The notes below the pieces were generated by a model. That model saw only the letters and a program-made list of their open reading frames with translations. It had not been told where the DNA came from and did not search any database. A program made the position numbers and the translations under genes. Source: Microthyrium microscopicum (Eukaryota). Taken from it: 64,000 nucleotides of DNA. Where the stretch lies: positions 2,371,860 to 2,435,859 of the forward strand of contig MU004231.1 of NCBI GenBank assembly GCA_010405405.1. Reading direction: 5' to 3'. This document shows positions 1 through 12,400 of the stretch, one piece after another; within the stretch, counting starts at the first letter, position 1, and each line of letters begins with the position of its first letter.

Positions 1-695
1 CACACCGGCCGCTTCGTAGCTAGTCGCGGCATCGATGCGAGTGTCGCACTACCATCTACCATATTCGCCTCCACGACCTGTCCCCGTCCACTATGCTGCC
101 GTGCCATAAGTGCCAGAAGTATGCCCATAAAACACACAGCTCCACCACCTGCAAAGTCCCCAATGATGTTGCCAGGCGCATACGGCTTCTCGCCCTGCCT
201 TCCCAGCATGCTAAGCACACCAGATACCGCAATGTAATTGATATCGTGCCCTGCCATCATACTATATTTCCCGTCCCTCCTAAAACCCGTCATACGTCCA
301 ATGACCAATCGTGGATTTATAGACAGCATGACCGTAGACGGACAGAGGCCGATTTTCTCAAGAACGCCAGGTCGGAATGGATCGATGATTACATCGACGT
401 GCGGAAGGAGTGACTTGATGAGCGCGACACCGCCGGGCGCTTTGAGGTCTACGGTAATAGAGGTTTTGCGACGCACGAGTTGATCTGGCGTTGGAGGGAG
501 GGGGGAGTTGGTTTTGACGGCGCGGTCGAGACGGAGGACGGTGGCGCCATAGTCGGCTAGAAGCATGCCTGCGAAGGGTCCTGTGAAGGCTTAGTTTTGA
601 TTCATTATGGAGGAGGCTTTTTGTGGTAGTTTACCTGGAGCGAGACCTGCAAACTCCAGGACGCGGATACCGTTTAGTGGTGGTGGCGACGTCAT
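1..695 (-). CDS. CaiB/BaiF (CoA-transferase family III) alpha-methylacyl-CoA racemase-like protein, 5' part; exons 695-635 and 580-<1, intron 581-634
   Basis: Manual translation (absent from the ORF track): [40 protein letters not shown]...[18 protein letters not shown]...[28 protein letters not shown]...GDFAGGG...[13 protein letters not shown]. These are the AMACR/CaiB motifs GLAPGPF, DPFRPG and GHDINY. The 54-nt GTAAAC...CTAAG...CAG intron restores the frame. The gene continues past position 1. Confidence 0.92.
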
Positions 696-1267
696 GTTGT
701 CGTGGTTCGGATATTGGAATGAACTGTTTTCTAAAGTATGCAGAGATATTGAAATCGAATCTAGGTCAGTGACAAAAGAAAATCCATAGGAAGTATTATG
801 AACTACAGGCTGGTATTTTGGTGGGCCATTTGTTGCGGAGAAGGACTCCCGAATGCAGTCGTTCGTTAGCTTCGTGAGGAGCTACAAGAAGCTCATGCAG
901 TACAATATCTGGGCCGAGGTCGATACATTTTGGCAATCCACTTCCTGTCAGTTATCATGACCCCCTATCCAGTAAAGAAAAAGAGCTTGAACAAGAAGAT
1001 GCAAGTGATCGTAGTAGCTGAAGAGCTGAAATTTTACCTGCAGCAGCGAAGCTTTCAATCAAACACCCAACAGCTCTCTTGATTTTGCAGAACAGCAGCA
1101 ATTCAGTTCATAGAATATTCAAAGCGTATACAAGAAGTAAACAGACTTCATATCAAAAACTATGTAGAGAGCTAAGAACTATGCAAAAACAACATCAGAG
1201 TGGAGTGCGCGCTGCTTCCAAATCAGATCAGTATACCATATCAACATTGCCCCTATCTTATAACGAA

Positions 1268-2761
1268 TCACTTTGACCAGAACCAGCCACTTCTCGAAAC
1301 CTGATCTCTGACCAGGTTGGGAGAGCTCTGTTGGCTTGCTGAAGGTGCTATCACTTGCTCTGGAACCGGTAAAGGACTTGGTTTTCTTTTCTCCACGTTT
1401 GTATTATTCTCCTCCCGTCCATCCGCAAATTTCTTTTGTATAACTGTTTTAGTTACCCAGGCGCCGCTGTCATCCATATGGCTCGTCGTCGATTTAGTGA
1501 CGGACACTGGTGTCGAAGAGTCAGCATCAGAGTCGTACTTGAAGCCCCAGCCCCATTGTTTCTGTAGTTTTTGCTCTTGTCGTACAGAGTTCATCAAGCT
1601 GTTTTGCGGTTCTTGCTCTTCTCGTGTGGAGTTCATCATCCTGTTCTGGGTTTGTTGTTCTTCTCGTCCAATCCTGTAGAACATTTCCTGCTCTTTTCGA
1701 AAAGAGCCCATATAGCTGTCGTATACTTCTTGCTTTTCTCGTGCAGCGTCCAATAAGCTATTTGCTTTTGGCTCAGATTCCATTGCTACCTTGTAGGCAT
1801 CCAACTCGGTTGCTGGAAGAGGCAATCGAAAGAGGGACCGCTTCATCAAGCTTTCAGAAACCCAATCATCCGCGTGCTTCAGCTGATTGACCGTCCAGTC
1901 ATCCGGGGATTGTGCCATGGCTCCATTTACATCCTGCACACCCATGGGCCGCTGTCCTCGCTCGGCTCGGATAAGGTCTTCAAACATGACGCGCCAGCTC
2001 CGACTGAAGCCATTTCTGCGCTCTAGGTTTAGAGGAGAGTAAGAGTCCTGTGTCAGAAATTCGAGCAACTCAGACTGCTCTTTTTCGTACCATTGCCTCT
2101 CCGAATTAGGATTCGAAGGAGTGGGAAGAGGTGGCATGTGTCCCAAAGTTTTGAGTGTATAACGGACACGATCCAGTATCCCACCCTCTGACATCTCGCC
2201 ATCTAGCACTTTGACGGCCGTCAGAAACCATGAAGTCGGACCAGGTAAGGCTTCATTGGCATCCAGCTTCCTTTGTGTTTCATTGAGCCATTTGTTGCCT
2301 TCGTTCAAGATGGAATCTTTGTGTTTCATCGTCATTTCCAGAGCCTGTACCAGGTATTCTAGCTGTTCTAGCTGTTCTTCCGTCGCCTTGTTTGTAGCAT
2401 CTCCAGGTGTATGTGACTCGTACATGTTCTTTGCAATCTCCTCATTCTGTTCTATATCTTTCTTGATGGTAGCAAAGTAGTCCATGGAACCTTGCGACGT
2501 CACGTCTTGTTCATTCGAATGTTGTTGCTCCCGTCGACAAGACCTTGCCTTGCCATCCTCGCCCAGCCCCCAATCGGCCCACAGTCGTCCTTCCTTACGT
2601 GGCTGCTGCCTTCTCCATTCTTCTCCTTGTTCCACGCCACGTTCAAATATTCGTCGTGGGAGAGAGAACATGCCATAGACGAGACTGGCGAGCGGGGAGA
2701 CGGGTGGCTGATTGGAGGGGTGACTGGCGTCAGCATTGTTGCGGTCGCGATCACACGGCAT
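1268..2761 (-). CDS. Hypothetical protein (497 aa), single long ORF
   Basis: ATG-initiated 497-codon ORF in GC-balanced DNA. The segments SYSPLNLE...WRVMFEDL, WVTKTVIQKKFADGREE and C-terminal GWFWSK resemble uncharacterised ascomycete proteins as I recall them. No functional domain recognised. Confidence 0.75.
   Translation of the reverse strand: MPCDRDRNNADASHPSNQPPVSPLASLVYGMFSLPRRIFERGVEQGEEWRRQQPRKEGRLWADWGLGEDGKARSCRREQQHSNEQDVTSQGSMDYFATIKKDIEQNEEIAKNMYESHTPGDATNKATEEQLEQLEYLVQALEMTMKHKDSILNEGNKWLNETQRKLDANEALPGPTSWFLTAVKVLDGEMSEGGILDRVRYTLKTLGHMPPLPTPSNPNSERQWYEKEQSELLEFLTQDSYSPLNLERRNGFSRSWRVMFEDLIRAERGQRPMGVQDVNGAMAQSPDDWTVNQLKHADDWVSESLMKRSLFRLPLPATELDAYKVAMESEPKANSLLDAAREKQEVYDSYMGSFRKEQEMFYRIGREEQQTQNRMMNSTREEQEPQNSLMNSVRQEQKLQKQWGWGFKYDSDADSSTPVSVTKSTTSHMDDSGAWVTKTVIQKKFADGREENNTNVEKRKPSPLPVPEQVIAPSASQQSSPNLVRDQVSRSGWFWSK
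1562..1666 (-). repeat. In-frame 42-bp (14-aa) tandem repeat, about 2.5 copies, inside the hypothetical protein
   Basis: REEQQTQNRMMNST / REEQEPQNSLMNSV / RQEQKLQ in the translation; gagttcatca recurs at 42-bp spacing. Confidence 0.75.
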
Positions 2762-5233
2762 GGTGAACGAATAATGAATATCGTGGTACAGAGATTCAAA
2801 GATTGAGTAGGCTGAGATCTAGAAAATACGTGCAATTATAGGTATAGATTGTAAAAGTGATGCCTGCTCGGATGCGATGGAAGCTCGAAGTCGTTTGTAG
2901 CCGCCTGGGATCTGATCGCGTGGCGGTAAAACTTGACCAATGAAATGAACGCTCAGCCTTATTGAGTTCAACTCCCATTGTTCTTGGTGAAGTTGTGTCC
3001 AACCAAGGCCTTACTTGGCTTTGAAAGCATATTTACGGACCCGGTAGAAGATACTTGCATTTTTGCCGTAGCGCGGAAGTCATACTTTCCTAATTTGCGC
3101 GGTCGAAGGTTTTGACGAGGACTTCATGAGGTACTGATCAGAGTAGGAGGGGTATCGAAAAGGATAGGCATATTGTAGAATCTTCAGACACTGCGAAGGT
3201 GCACTAGCTTTAAGATAATTCAGATTTCTGGGGGCTAAAGAGACCAGTGGTGGGTAATAGGCGTAAACTCTTGATATTGACTTCGAATTATCACTGGCTT
3301 TGATACTGGGAGAAACTGATCTGGAAAAGGTAAGAAAACAAGTAGCCAAATGTCTTGTAGATAGAAATTTTGCGATATTCGACCCAGGACACGATCAGGC
3401 GTGCAAGGAGGACATCGTTTGGATCAATTCGTGGGCTTGGAGGAAGCAGAAATGAAGCTGACCTAATCTGATCGAGCTCGACATTTGCACGACAAAATGA
3501 ATTCCAGCCAGAGGCTGGGCCGAAACCCAGCGCTCCACGAAACAAAGCACCGGGCAGTTGTAATGATTCCCCTTTATACAGTCTCTGCAACTGCTGTATA
3601 AGAGCGGTATCTTCAGATTTTGCCAATTTCAAGTAAAAACTGCCGGTGCTTTTTTATTGACTTAGCAACGTCAGAGATTATGAAAGCTACTCACATTGCA
3701 GAATCAAGATCTTACGTGTCAGATATATCCTCGCGTTCTGAGTATCCCTTTTCTTTTTGATAGAGACTTTGTATAAGACGGCTTGTGACTTACTTCCATT
3801 GGCTATAAGATATGAAACTAATTGGAAGGGATGGGCTGTTCAGCGATATCTCGGGAAGTCTTTAACTTAGAACTTTATCAAATCTCCGATGGAGGCGAAA
3901 AACCATATCTCTTGATTCCTCCCAAATATCTCCAGCGGTAGAACAACCTAGAACCAAAGTACTTATTTACAACTATCACCTTCCAGGCCATAGAAGCCAA
4001 CCATTGGAACAGACTGCAATCAACGTCCATCTGGTCAAATATGCAGTAAAGATATACCATATGGTTGAGAGCCTGATGAATGAATCCCGGTATAACGTGG
4101 ACGATCAACCGTCACATATATCTTCCTCCGAGCTCAAGGATGGCCGCTACCAAGTGATTCACAGCACCATCCAATAAAGACAATTCCATTATAGGTACGA
4201 CTAAGCATAACCCTGACTATACCTATAGACACCGCTTTGCTAGCGTCACAGTCTTGCCGTGCCACCGGGCCAAGCCGAGGAGTTTATATAGGATAAAGAA
4301 TTAGCGAAGATTATTTAATTTCAGCCCTTGGGCGAAAACCGCCGATGTCAATGGAACCATAATTGAAGCTTATCAGACGTTCTAGAAAAGTCCTTCGCAC
4401 GGCCGCATGGCGAATGTCAATCTTGATAGCCGTAAGGATACGGTAGAACGACAGGGAGAGAGCCTCAAGTGAAGAAATATCCAATGACTTGGCAGATTCA
4501 GCAACTTGTGGAGATTTTGATGAGATCTTTCTAATTTTTTATATAGTTGCACTGTTCATTGCCTGTACCAAGCAAGGCAAGAATTCTGCAAGATGATAGC
4601 TTGTGAAGAAAAAAGTTCTATGTACAACAAGAATCCAACCAAACTTATGGTATCATGAAATGACAATGATACGTGCAACGCTATGCCGTTCCACCGGTCG
4701 TGGAAGTACCATATTTTGTATGAACCAATTGACTCATCGTCCTCCTCTGTTGCCCTTCCATTTGCGAAACAGGCATCCTAGGAGCAAGTAACCACCGAAA
4801 GAGGCACCGCCAGAATAAAAAAGAGATTTCGACCCGGTGCATTGTTCAGCACTTGAACAATGCTTGGGTTGACAATGTATAATGATAACGATCATTTCGA
4901 GAATCCACCAGGTACCCCAATGAGAACATCCCACTCTTCGGACGGGGTTTTGTTCTGGAAAATAGAAAGAAACAAGCTTCGCAGAGTAGTTGAACGCCTT
5001 GGCTCCATCGTTAACTGTAGTGCAACAGGGCCGGTAGCACGACGCTGAGGAAACCTAATTGCTACGCTGATACGCAGGGGGTTGCAAAACCGAGGCAAGT
5101 AGCGGGGACAAGAAATCCCGTCCAAATATACAATATATCGATCGCCGTATTGGCATCGTAGAAAAAAGGCAGGAATCGCTGGAAATGCTTCGAGATAAAC
5201 AGCATGGGATATAATTTGCGGGGTATCGTAGAG

Positions 5234-6441
5234 TTAATGTGCCGTGTCGCCAATGTGGCGTTCGCTTTCTGGTTTCCATGAACCTAAACCTAATTAGTGC
5301 CTTGCGCAAGAAGTGGAATTAAACGGTGTAACGTACCTTCAAAGTGGTGCTTTACGAAGGCCATTGGATCGTCGTCTTCTCCGGCACCCATTTGACGGAC
5401 ACCAGGCGAGAAGCTGGTGATTGGTAGAACAACCACGTCGCCTACTTTCTTTGCAGATTTCATTCCAGTAAACTCCTTGAAAGTAATGTTTCCGGTGCCA
5501 GTGCTCATGTCAAAATATTCCGGGTCGTTGAAAAACTTGAATACGGTATCTGTCCAAATTGCAGGGCCCGTGAACTCGACAATATTCTTGGTGTTCTTAT
5601 CAAGAGTGCCTAGAGCTTTGCGCTTCAGCGTTTCCTGGGTAATATTTGCCACAATATCGCGTAGGACGGGATGTCCGGGCTTGGATTGGATAGTCCATTG
5701 GCAAAACTGAATTCGTCGGGAGTACCAATCTGCCCAATCTTCGCGATCAGGATCCGCCTCAATTCCCACAACCATGCCATAAGACGAACGGGACACGGAA
5801 GATGGAACCCATTCCGTAGCAGATTTGAGCGCGGTGGTGTCAATATCCGAGTAGATTCCACCTCTTGCAAGCAAAATCAGATAACGGAAAAAGTCGGCTT
5901 TGAGCACTGGGAGGGGTAGAGCGTTGTACGCTTCCAAGACCTCTGGGACCGATGCGTACAGGTGTTGCATGAGATGAGGCGCAACATCGTCGGAGATAAC
6001 CTCGTGGACAAAAGTGGGATGAAGAATGGTCCAGCTGGCTTCTGGCTCCCTAAAATCGGATCTGAATTCCCCTGAGCTAGGCGAGACCTTCCAAGTCTGC
6101 CAAATGTATGCTGGGAATTTTGACAGAGGATCGTAAGGAAATTGATATTCTAATTGTTCCTTCAATGGTTTCGCGTGTAGATCTTGTAAAGGAATTTGAT
6201 TTTTGGGTTTTCTGATCGTTCCTGAATCGAGCGAATGTGATGGCGTTTGTTTTGGTTGAGAAGGCTGTACTGGTGGAGCCTCGCCCGGATGTTGACTTTT
6301 CCACACCCAATCTTCAACGCTTTTGGGTTTAGGAAGATCATTCGCATTGTGGTAATTTGGACCGCTATGATGGGAGCGAAGAATGAGGAATAGCGAGAGG
6401 GCGATGGCGGCAAAAACGATGGCTCTTTTAAAGGTCATCAT
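5234..6441 (-). CDS. OCH1: Initiation-specific alpha-1,6-mannosyltransferase (GT32), ~384 aa; exons 6441-5337 and 5283-5234, intron 5284-5336
   Basis: Type II membrane anchor MMTFKRAIVFAAIALSLFLILRS; FPAYIWQTWK; KADFFRYLILLARGGIYSDIDT (DXD); IGIEAD-type VGIEADPDREDWADWYSRRIQFCQWTI; EFTGPAIWTD; LPITSFSPG. A 53-nt GTACGT...CTAAT...TAG intron joins FVKHHFEG to SWKPESERHIGDTAH*, replacing the ORF-track tail. Confidence 0.95.
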
Positions 6442-9400
6442 CTTGAAAGAGTGGAAGGATGCGGAAGCGCTGAGCGCTGAGGAGGGATGGAGAAGAAGGC
6501 TTGCAGACTCTGCAGATGAAATTCGAATTGCGTGCAAGGACTGATCGAGCTGCACCTGGTGTTGGATGTGTTGAGAAGGGGGTGGGAGGAGAGTGAAGTA
6601 AGATAAAGTAGGGAGAAGTGGGATATTTTGGCAGGTGCCAGGCACAAGTAGTGAAGTGTGCAGTGCAAAACAGAGCAAAGGGGTAAGAGGCTCAGTCAGA
6701 TGGATGATGGGTGAGATCCGCGACAGGGTTTTGTGGTGCTACAGCAGAGTGCTTGGTGAGATTGTTGGGTTGAGCTGGGGATGAAACAACGTAGGAACAG
6801 AGGAATGGGGGCCGCCAGCTGGCACGTCCAGTGTTCGCCTAGTGATAGGAAACAGGCCTTGGTTTTGAAGGAGAAGCTTGAGATCAGAGGCAGGAATTTG
6901 AGAGTCGAGATTGATGGTTTGTAGCAGGCTCGGGGGAGATAACAGGTGTAAATAGGAATTGTAGAGTTGGCGGAGAGGGAGAGAAAGGCTAAAATGTTGA
7001 TAGGCAGACGGGAAAAGGCGCTTCAGCAATTTAAAGGCAGCAAACGCTTTAAGGCTTAAGATTGGACGACAGATGGACAATGAGAGGTCAGTGTCGACTC
7101 AAGCGCACGTTGCTGCGTAGGCTCCGCGACGACCCAGTCAAAAGGGGTGGCGCTGCGCTCAATCGGCTATGACTTTGACAGTTTACAGTCCATGTAAACT
7201 CCATGTCAATTGTCAACTCTATCACTCAGCGGTCCGTGGACTACTCAGAATCCTCCAAGGACATGCCTCCAAGCTCTGTACCCTGAACTTACTGACCGTG
7301 TACCGAGTACTGAGTAGTAGGATTACCCAAACATTCCCATCCTTCAACTCCTGTCTCCAGGCGAGAAACCATTACTAGCAACCTGAACATCAAAAGCTCC
7401 CGTCGGACAACCAAACAATTCTCAGCCCCACATCCACAAAATGTTGAAGGAACATGCAGCATGCACGCTTAGGTCCGCCAGTATCATCTTCTCCTTGCTC
7501 TGAGACTCTGAACGAGTTGCTGCATTTACTGCAAACATGTGCTGTTGTGCTGCAAGTTGATGCGAGACTGCGAGGACACCCTAGCAACTATCTTAGTTCA
7601 GCTTTAAAGACCAAGAATATCTTGAATCTCCAAGCTTGATATCAACGCCACCTGCACCATTCACTAGGTATCTAACCCAAAGCCATCTTCCTACTGGGCG
7701 ATACTTCATCTGATTCGCTATTTTGAAAGCCAAGCCATCTTATACTTGAGTTGGCTATAATCTGATCTACAGATGACATCCCGACCACTAAGCAAAAATA
7801 GGCCAACAGCAGCGATTTAAGCCTCCTTCAACCATGATAGCTGCGTCACCTATTAGGAATCCCGCCAAGCTTACTGTATCAAGAACCACAAACTGCCAAA
7901 CTACATCTAGCACGTACTTATTGTACATGTACTATACTATTTTTCCTGTAGATGGATGCCATGTCGTTGGTTATTCCTCATCCTGTCTCTAGTCATTGAC
8001 GATCATGCTGTTTTAAGGGCTTCTGAAGGCAGTCGTACTGCTCATTTTCTGGTCATTGCACGCCACTCCGCAATGCATGTCTACTTCCTACAGGTACAAA
8101 CTCGATAATGACAGCAGACCCTAGTCAGTCCGACTTAAAAATATCTTTGAAAGGTATATTCCAACTACTACAGCGCACAGCATCAAACTATCGGATTCCC
8201 GCTCTAGACTCTGTCGCCTTCACTACTTGGTTCCTTTCTTGAACCGGTTCAAAGATTCAACGTAAAGACCACGTTCTCGATGACGATTTTATATTCGCCA
8301 GGCCACGCAACTTTGTCAAATAGCGGTACGCTGGCGCGCAACGGTACAAGGATCCTAACCATCGGTGTCTACGAAGCGCGAAGCCATGGGCTTCCTTCGC
8401 CCTCTGGTTGGACAAAGTCTCCTAAAGGCTTAGTGATGCTGTAACGGTAGATCTGGTATACCGTTCTACTGCCAAGCCTTACCCTAGCCAATCAGAGTCA
8501 TAGAATCCTGCATCCCAAAATATTAATATTTTGAAGCTTTTATAATAGATAGGAGCACGATAAATCTCTGCTCCGTGAAGGCCTAGAAGAACCGGGTCTA
8601 ATGATTGGCCGAAGCAAAAAAAGACGAAAAGCAAAAATTAACAACTATAGAAATTAACCTAGTAACCTTTAGAACTAGTAAGAATTAAACCTATATTAAT
8701 ACTTAGTTAAAGTACTACTCTCTTATTAAGCTATAATTCTAATTTCTTTAGGATTAGGGTTATTATATTTTTATATATATATTTACGCTATATTTACTAT
8801 ATTTCTTTTTTTAGCTTTTTAGCTATACCTTTATAGTATCTAATTTTTAATTAATAATAAGCTAACTTTATATCTTTTAAAAAGTATAAAGTAACTACTA
8901 TAATAAAAGCTATTATTTATTTTAGTTATATTATAAGTAATAAATATATAAAGTAAAAATATATAAATTTTATTTAATATTATTATTAAATTAGGTAAGT
9001 TTTATAAACCTTTCTTTATTTCTTATCGTACTAAATAAATTATTTATTATTTAGCTATTTAAACTTATTATTACTATTAATTAATTATTATTAAGTTCTC
9101 TACACTATTATTTAAAGTTAAGATTAATAAAACTTAGCCTATATATATATTTACATAAGAAAAAGTAAAAGTATTAATATAAAAATTTATAGCTACTAAA
9201 TTAGCTAGCAAACTATAATATTTTATAAACTAACTATTATTAATATAGACCTTTAAAATTAAAAATATTAGCTTTTTGCCTCTTTTCTAAATATAATAGT
9301 TAAGCCTTAAGAACTTACTATAATATTACTAGGAAATAAATTATAAATTACTAATATAACTATAATAAATAATAACTTAATATATTAATAGCGTAAGAGA

Positions 9401-12400
9401 ATATCTAAAGGATAGATTAAGAAATAATAGCTATTATAAAACTAAATAACGTTAATAAACATATTAAGAGGAAATATTCTTAAAAAATTAATAATATTAA
9501 ACTATAAAAGGTCTTAGCTATTTTATCTATAATAAATATAATAAGCTATATAAGTATAGAGAAAGCGTATAATATTACTAATATAGATACTAATTTTACT
9601 ATTATTAGAATTATAAAAGATAAAGATTAAAGATAAATTAATAATAAAGAAGGTTTTATTTATAGCTTAGATTACTTCTTTAATAATATCTACTATTCCG
9701 TACTATAGATATTATACTTTAGTAAGAGAAAGATTTAATAGTATTATAGTAGTTTAAAGGTAATTAAGTAACTATTAATTTATTAGTTAATAAGCCTATT
9801 TTAGTACTATAAATATACTTTATAATAAATATTAGATAATAACTAAATAATTAAGCTATTTCTTATTGCGCTAGTATTAGTATAAAAGAATTAAATAAGA
9901 GTAAGAGTTATCTTATTATAAGCATATAAAGAGTATATAATATTTAAAGTTATTATTAAAGTAGTATTTTACTTACAATATATTAAGAAAGGAATAATAG
10001 AACTAAAGCTTAAAATTGCTTTATAATTCTACTTAATTCTATCCTATTTAGTATTAAAACCTTAATATACATAATATTAATAATAACTAAATAGTATCTT
10101 AGTGCCTACCTCTCTTAATAATAATAACTATATTCTTTTTAAAATAAGCCTATTAAGATAATTACTTAGAATAAGGATAAAATTTTATTACCTCTATAAA
10201 AAGGGTATAAATAATTTAATAGTACTAATAAATATAACTAAGTTTTTAATATAGAAAGTAAGATATTAACCCTTTTATATAAGTAACTATTAATACTAAT
10301 AATATTATAATATATATTAGCTTAGCTTAACTTCTTTGCCTTATTATTTTTTAGCTAGTTATTTTTTTTAAATATAACTATATAGTTCTATATAAGAGAT
10401 AGTAACTTTACTTATTATAGCCTAATATATATAAGCTATTATATAATACTTATTTAGCTATCTCTACTCTTTCTCTTTATATATTACGTTAATATAATAC
10501 TTTCTATAACTTTTACTCTAAAGTATTATCTTTTTAATATTATCTTTACTATCTATACTACTAACTTATTAAAAGCTTTCTAAGCTTTATTAATAAAAGA
10601 GCTTACCTAGCTCTTAATAATAATTAAGTTACTATTAATTAAAAATAATACTAAATACTTTCTACATTATATTATATATCTATATAACTAAACTCTAATA
10701 CTTAATACTTATTAGTAAGTCCTAAGTATTATATTTATTTATTTTAAATAAAGGTTTAATAATCTTAGGTTATATCTACTTACTTTACTTCCTTTAATAA
10801 AGTTCTTACTATCCTTTATATAAGTTATAAAACTTCTAATAATAATATTTTCTTTTTAGAATTTACTATCTTTAATTTTCTTTACGTAGTTATATATATC
10901 TACTAAGATCCTAACTCTTATTTCTATTTTACTAAAGAGGATCTTTATAATTAGCAAAACTTAATTTAATTACGTATCTATCTCTTTACTAGCTATTCTT
11001 ACTAATAGTACCTAAATTATTTTATTAATAATATATTATAAGGAAATTTCTTATCTATTTACTCTCTATTTAATATTCTTTTTACTAAACATTATATAAA
11101 CTTAATTATAAGTTCTAACTAATACTTACTAATAATTTATAGTAAAATATTTACCTTTTTTTAGCTATGCTTATAATAAATTATTAATAACTATTTATTC
11201 TTCTAGTATAATCTAATCTTTATTACTATTTCTAATTAGCTTAATAGTTTTTAGTTCTACTGCCTAGCTTATCTTTAAGTAAGTATATTTATTTATATTT
11301 ATAAGAATACTAGTTATAAAGATAAAATTCTTATTAATAATAATAAAAATAGTAATATATATATAGCATAAATTTTTAACTTATAGGTTATCTTATTTAT
11401 AAGGTCTTATTTATTATATATTCCTCTAAGATCTTAAAAAGTATTTTAATATACTAAGATTTAAGAAATTAGAAATAGTTTTATTAAAATAAATTATATT
11501 AAAAAATTTCTATATATTTTTTTAGAAATTTAAGAATAAAAAATTTTACTCTAATTTAAAATAAATAAAATATTTATAAATCTAAATTACTTTATAATTA
11601 TAGAATAGCTATAAATAATATATCTTATTTCTAACTACTACGTGCCTTTTAATAATTTTTCTAAGGAATAATATCTTTATTCTTATTATCTTCTTCTTTA
11701 ATTACTATAGTATTTTTTTTTTTTAAAGAAGTTTTAAAAGACTTAGCTTATATTATACTATTTAAAGACTCTAAACTAATTATTATAATAGTAGTAAAAT
11801 TAATTAAAAGAGTAAATTTAGTTTTTTCTATATCTTTTTCTCTTACTATAATTAAAGTATAGTTTCTAAATTCTCTTAGCTCTTTATCTATATTTATATA
11901 GAATAGGCTTCTAGCGTTAGTAAGGTTTTTAATAATACTTTTAATATCTACTTAAGGAGTAATAATAAAAGATAAAGTTATTCTTATCCTAATAGATAAC
12001 CTACTAGTAAATAAATTATCTTTAATTAATAAGTTATTAGTATCTAAATAAATATAAACTTATAGAAGTATAAAATTATAAGTAACGTACTAGTTTAATA
12101 AGTAAAAGTTATTTTTTTTTAATAAAACTATTACTTTTAGCTACTATAAAAGGTTTAGTAAAATTTAGCTAAGAACTTAAAAAAGTCTTTTTACTAAAGG
12201 ACGTTTTTTTAGCTAATATAGCTTTTTTAAAAGAAAAGAGAGAGTTACCTTTTTTAAGGCTTACTAAGGAGTTAATAATAAAAGTTAAACCTTTTTATAG
12301 ACCTTATTTTAAAAAACTTATTTTACTATTATTTAAGGCTATAATAATTAAGATTTAAATACTAAGTTTTAGTATTTATACTATAATATTTAGATTAAGA

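Noticed and set aside
93..789. Plus-strand ORFs 93-413, 238-483 and 607-789
   Set aside because: Antisense shadows of the racemase-like gene.
1317..2835. Multiple short ORFs overlapping the 497-aa gene
   Set aside because: Antisense or alternate-frame shadows with no recognisable motifs.
3080..3632. Two overlapping minus-strand ORFs as a possible spliced gene
   Set aside because: Non-ATG start for the larger ORF, no convincing splice donor and no recognisable domain.
5290..5336. ORF-track C-terminus GTLHRLIPLLAQGTN of OCH1
   Set aside because: Intron read-through; splicing gives the conserved HHFEGSWK end.
6442..6678. N-terminal extension of the ORF-track 462-aa OCH1 ORF
   Set aside because: It starts at a non-ATG codon in a pyrimidine-rich leader; the signal anchor begins at the ATG at 6441.
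7169..8400. Short ORFs next to the AT block as candidate effector genes
   Set aside because: No convincing ATG plus signal peptide or exon structure found by eye; RNA-seq would be needed.
8440..8643. TGTAAC...TTAACA segment at the GC/AT border as a solo LTR, with small palindromes (aaaatattaatatttt)
   Set aside because: Flanks (gatgc / actat) are not a TSD and there is no second copy in the window.
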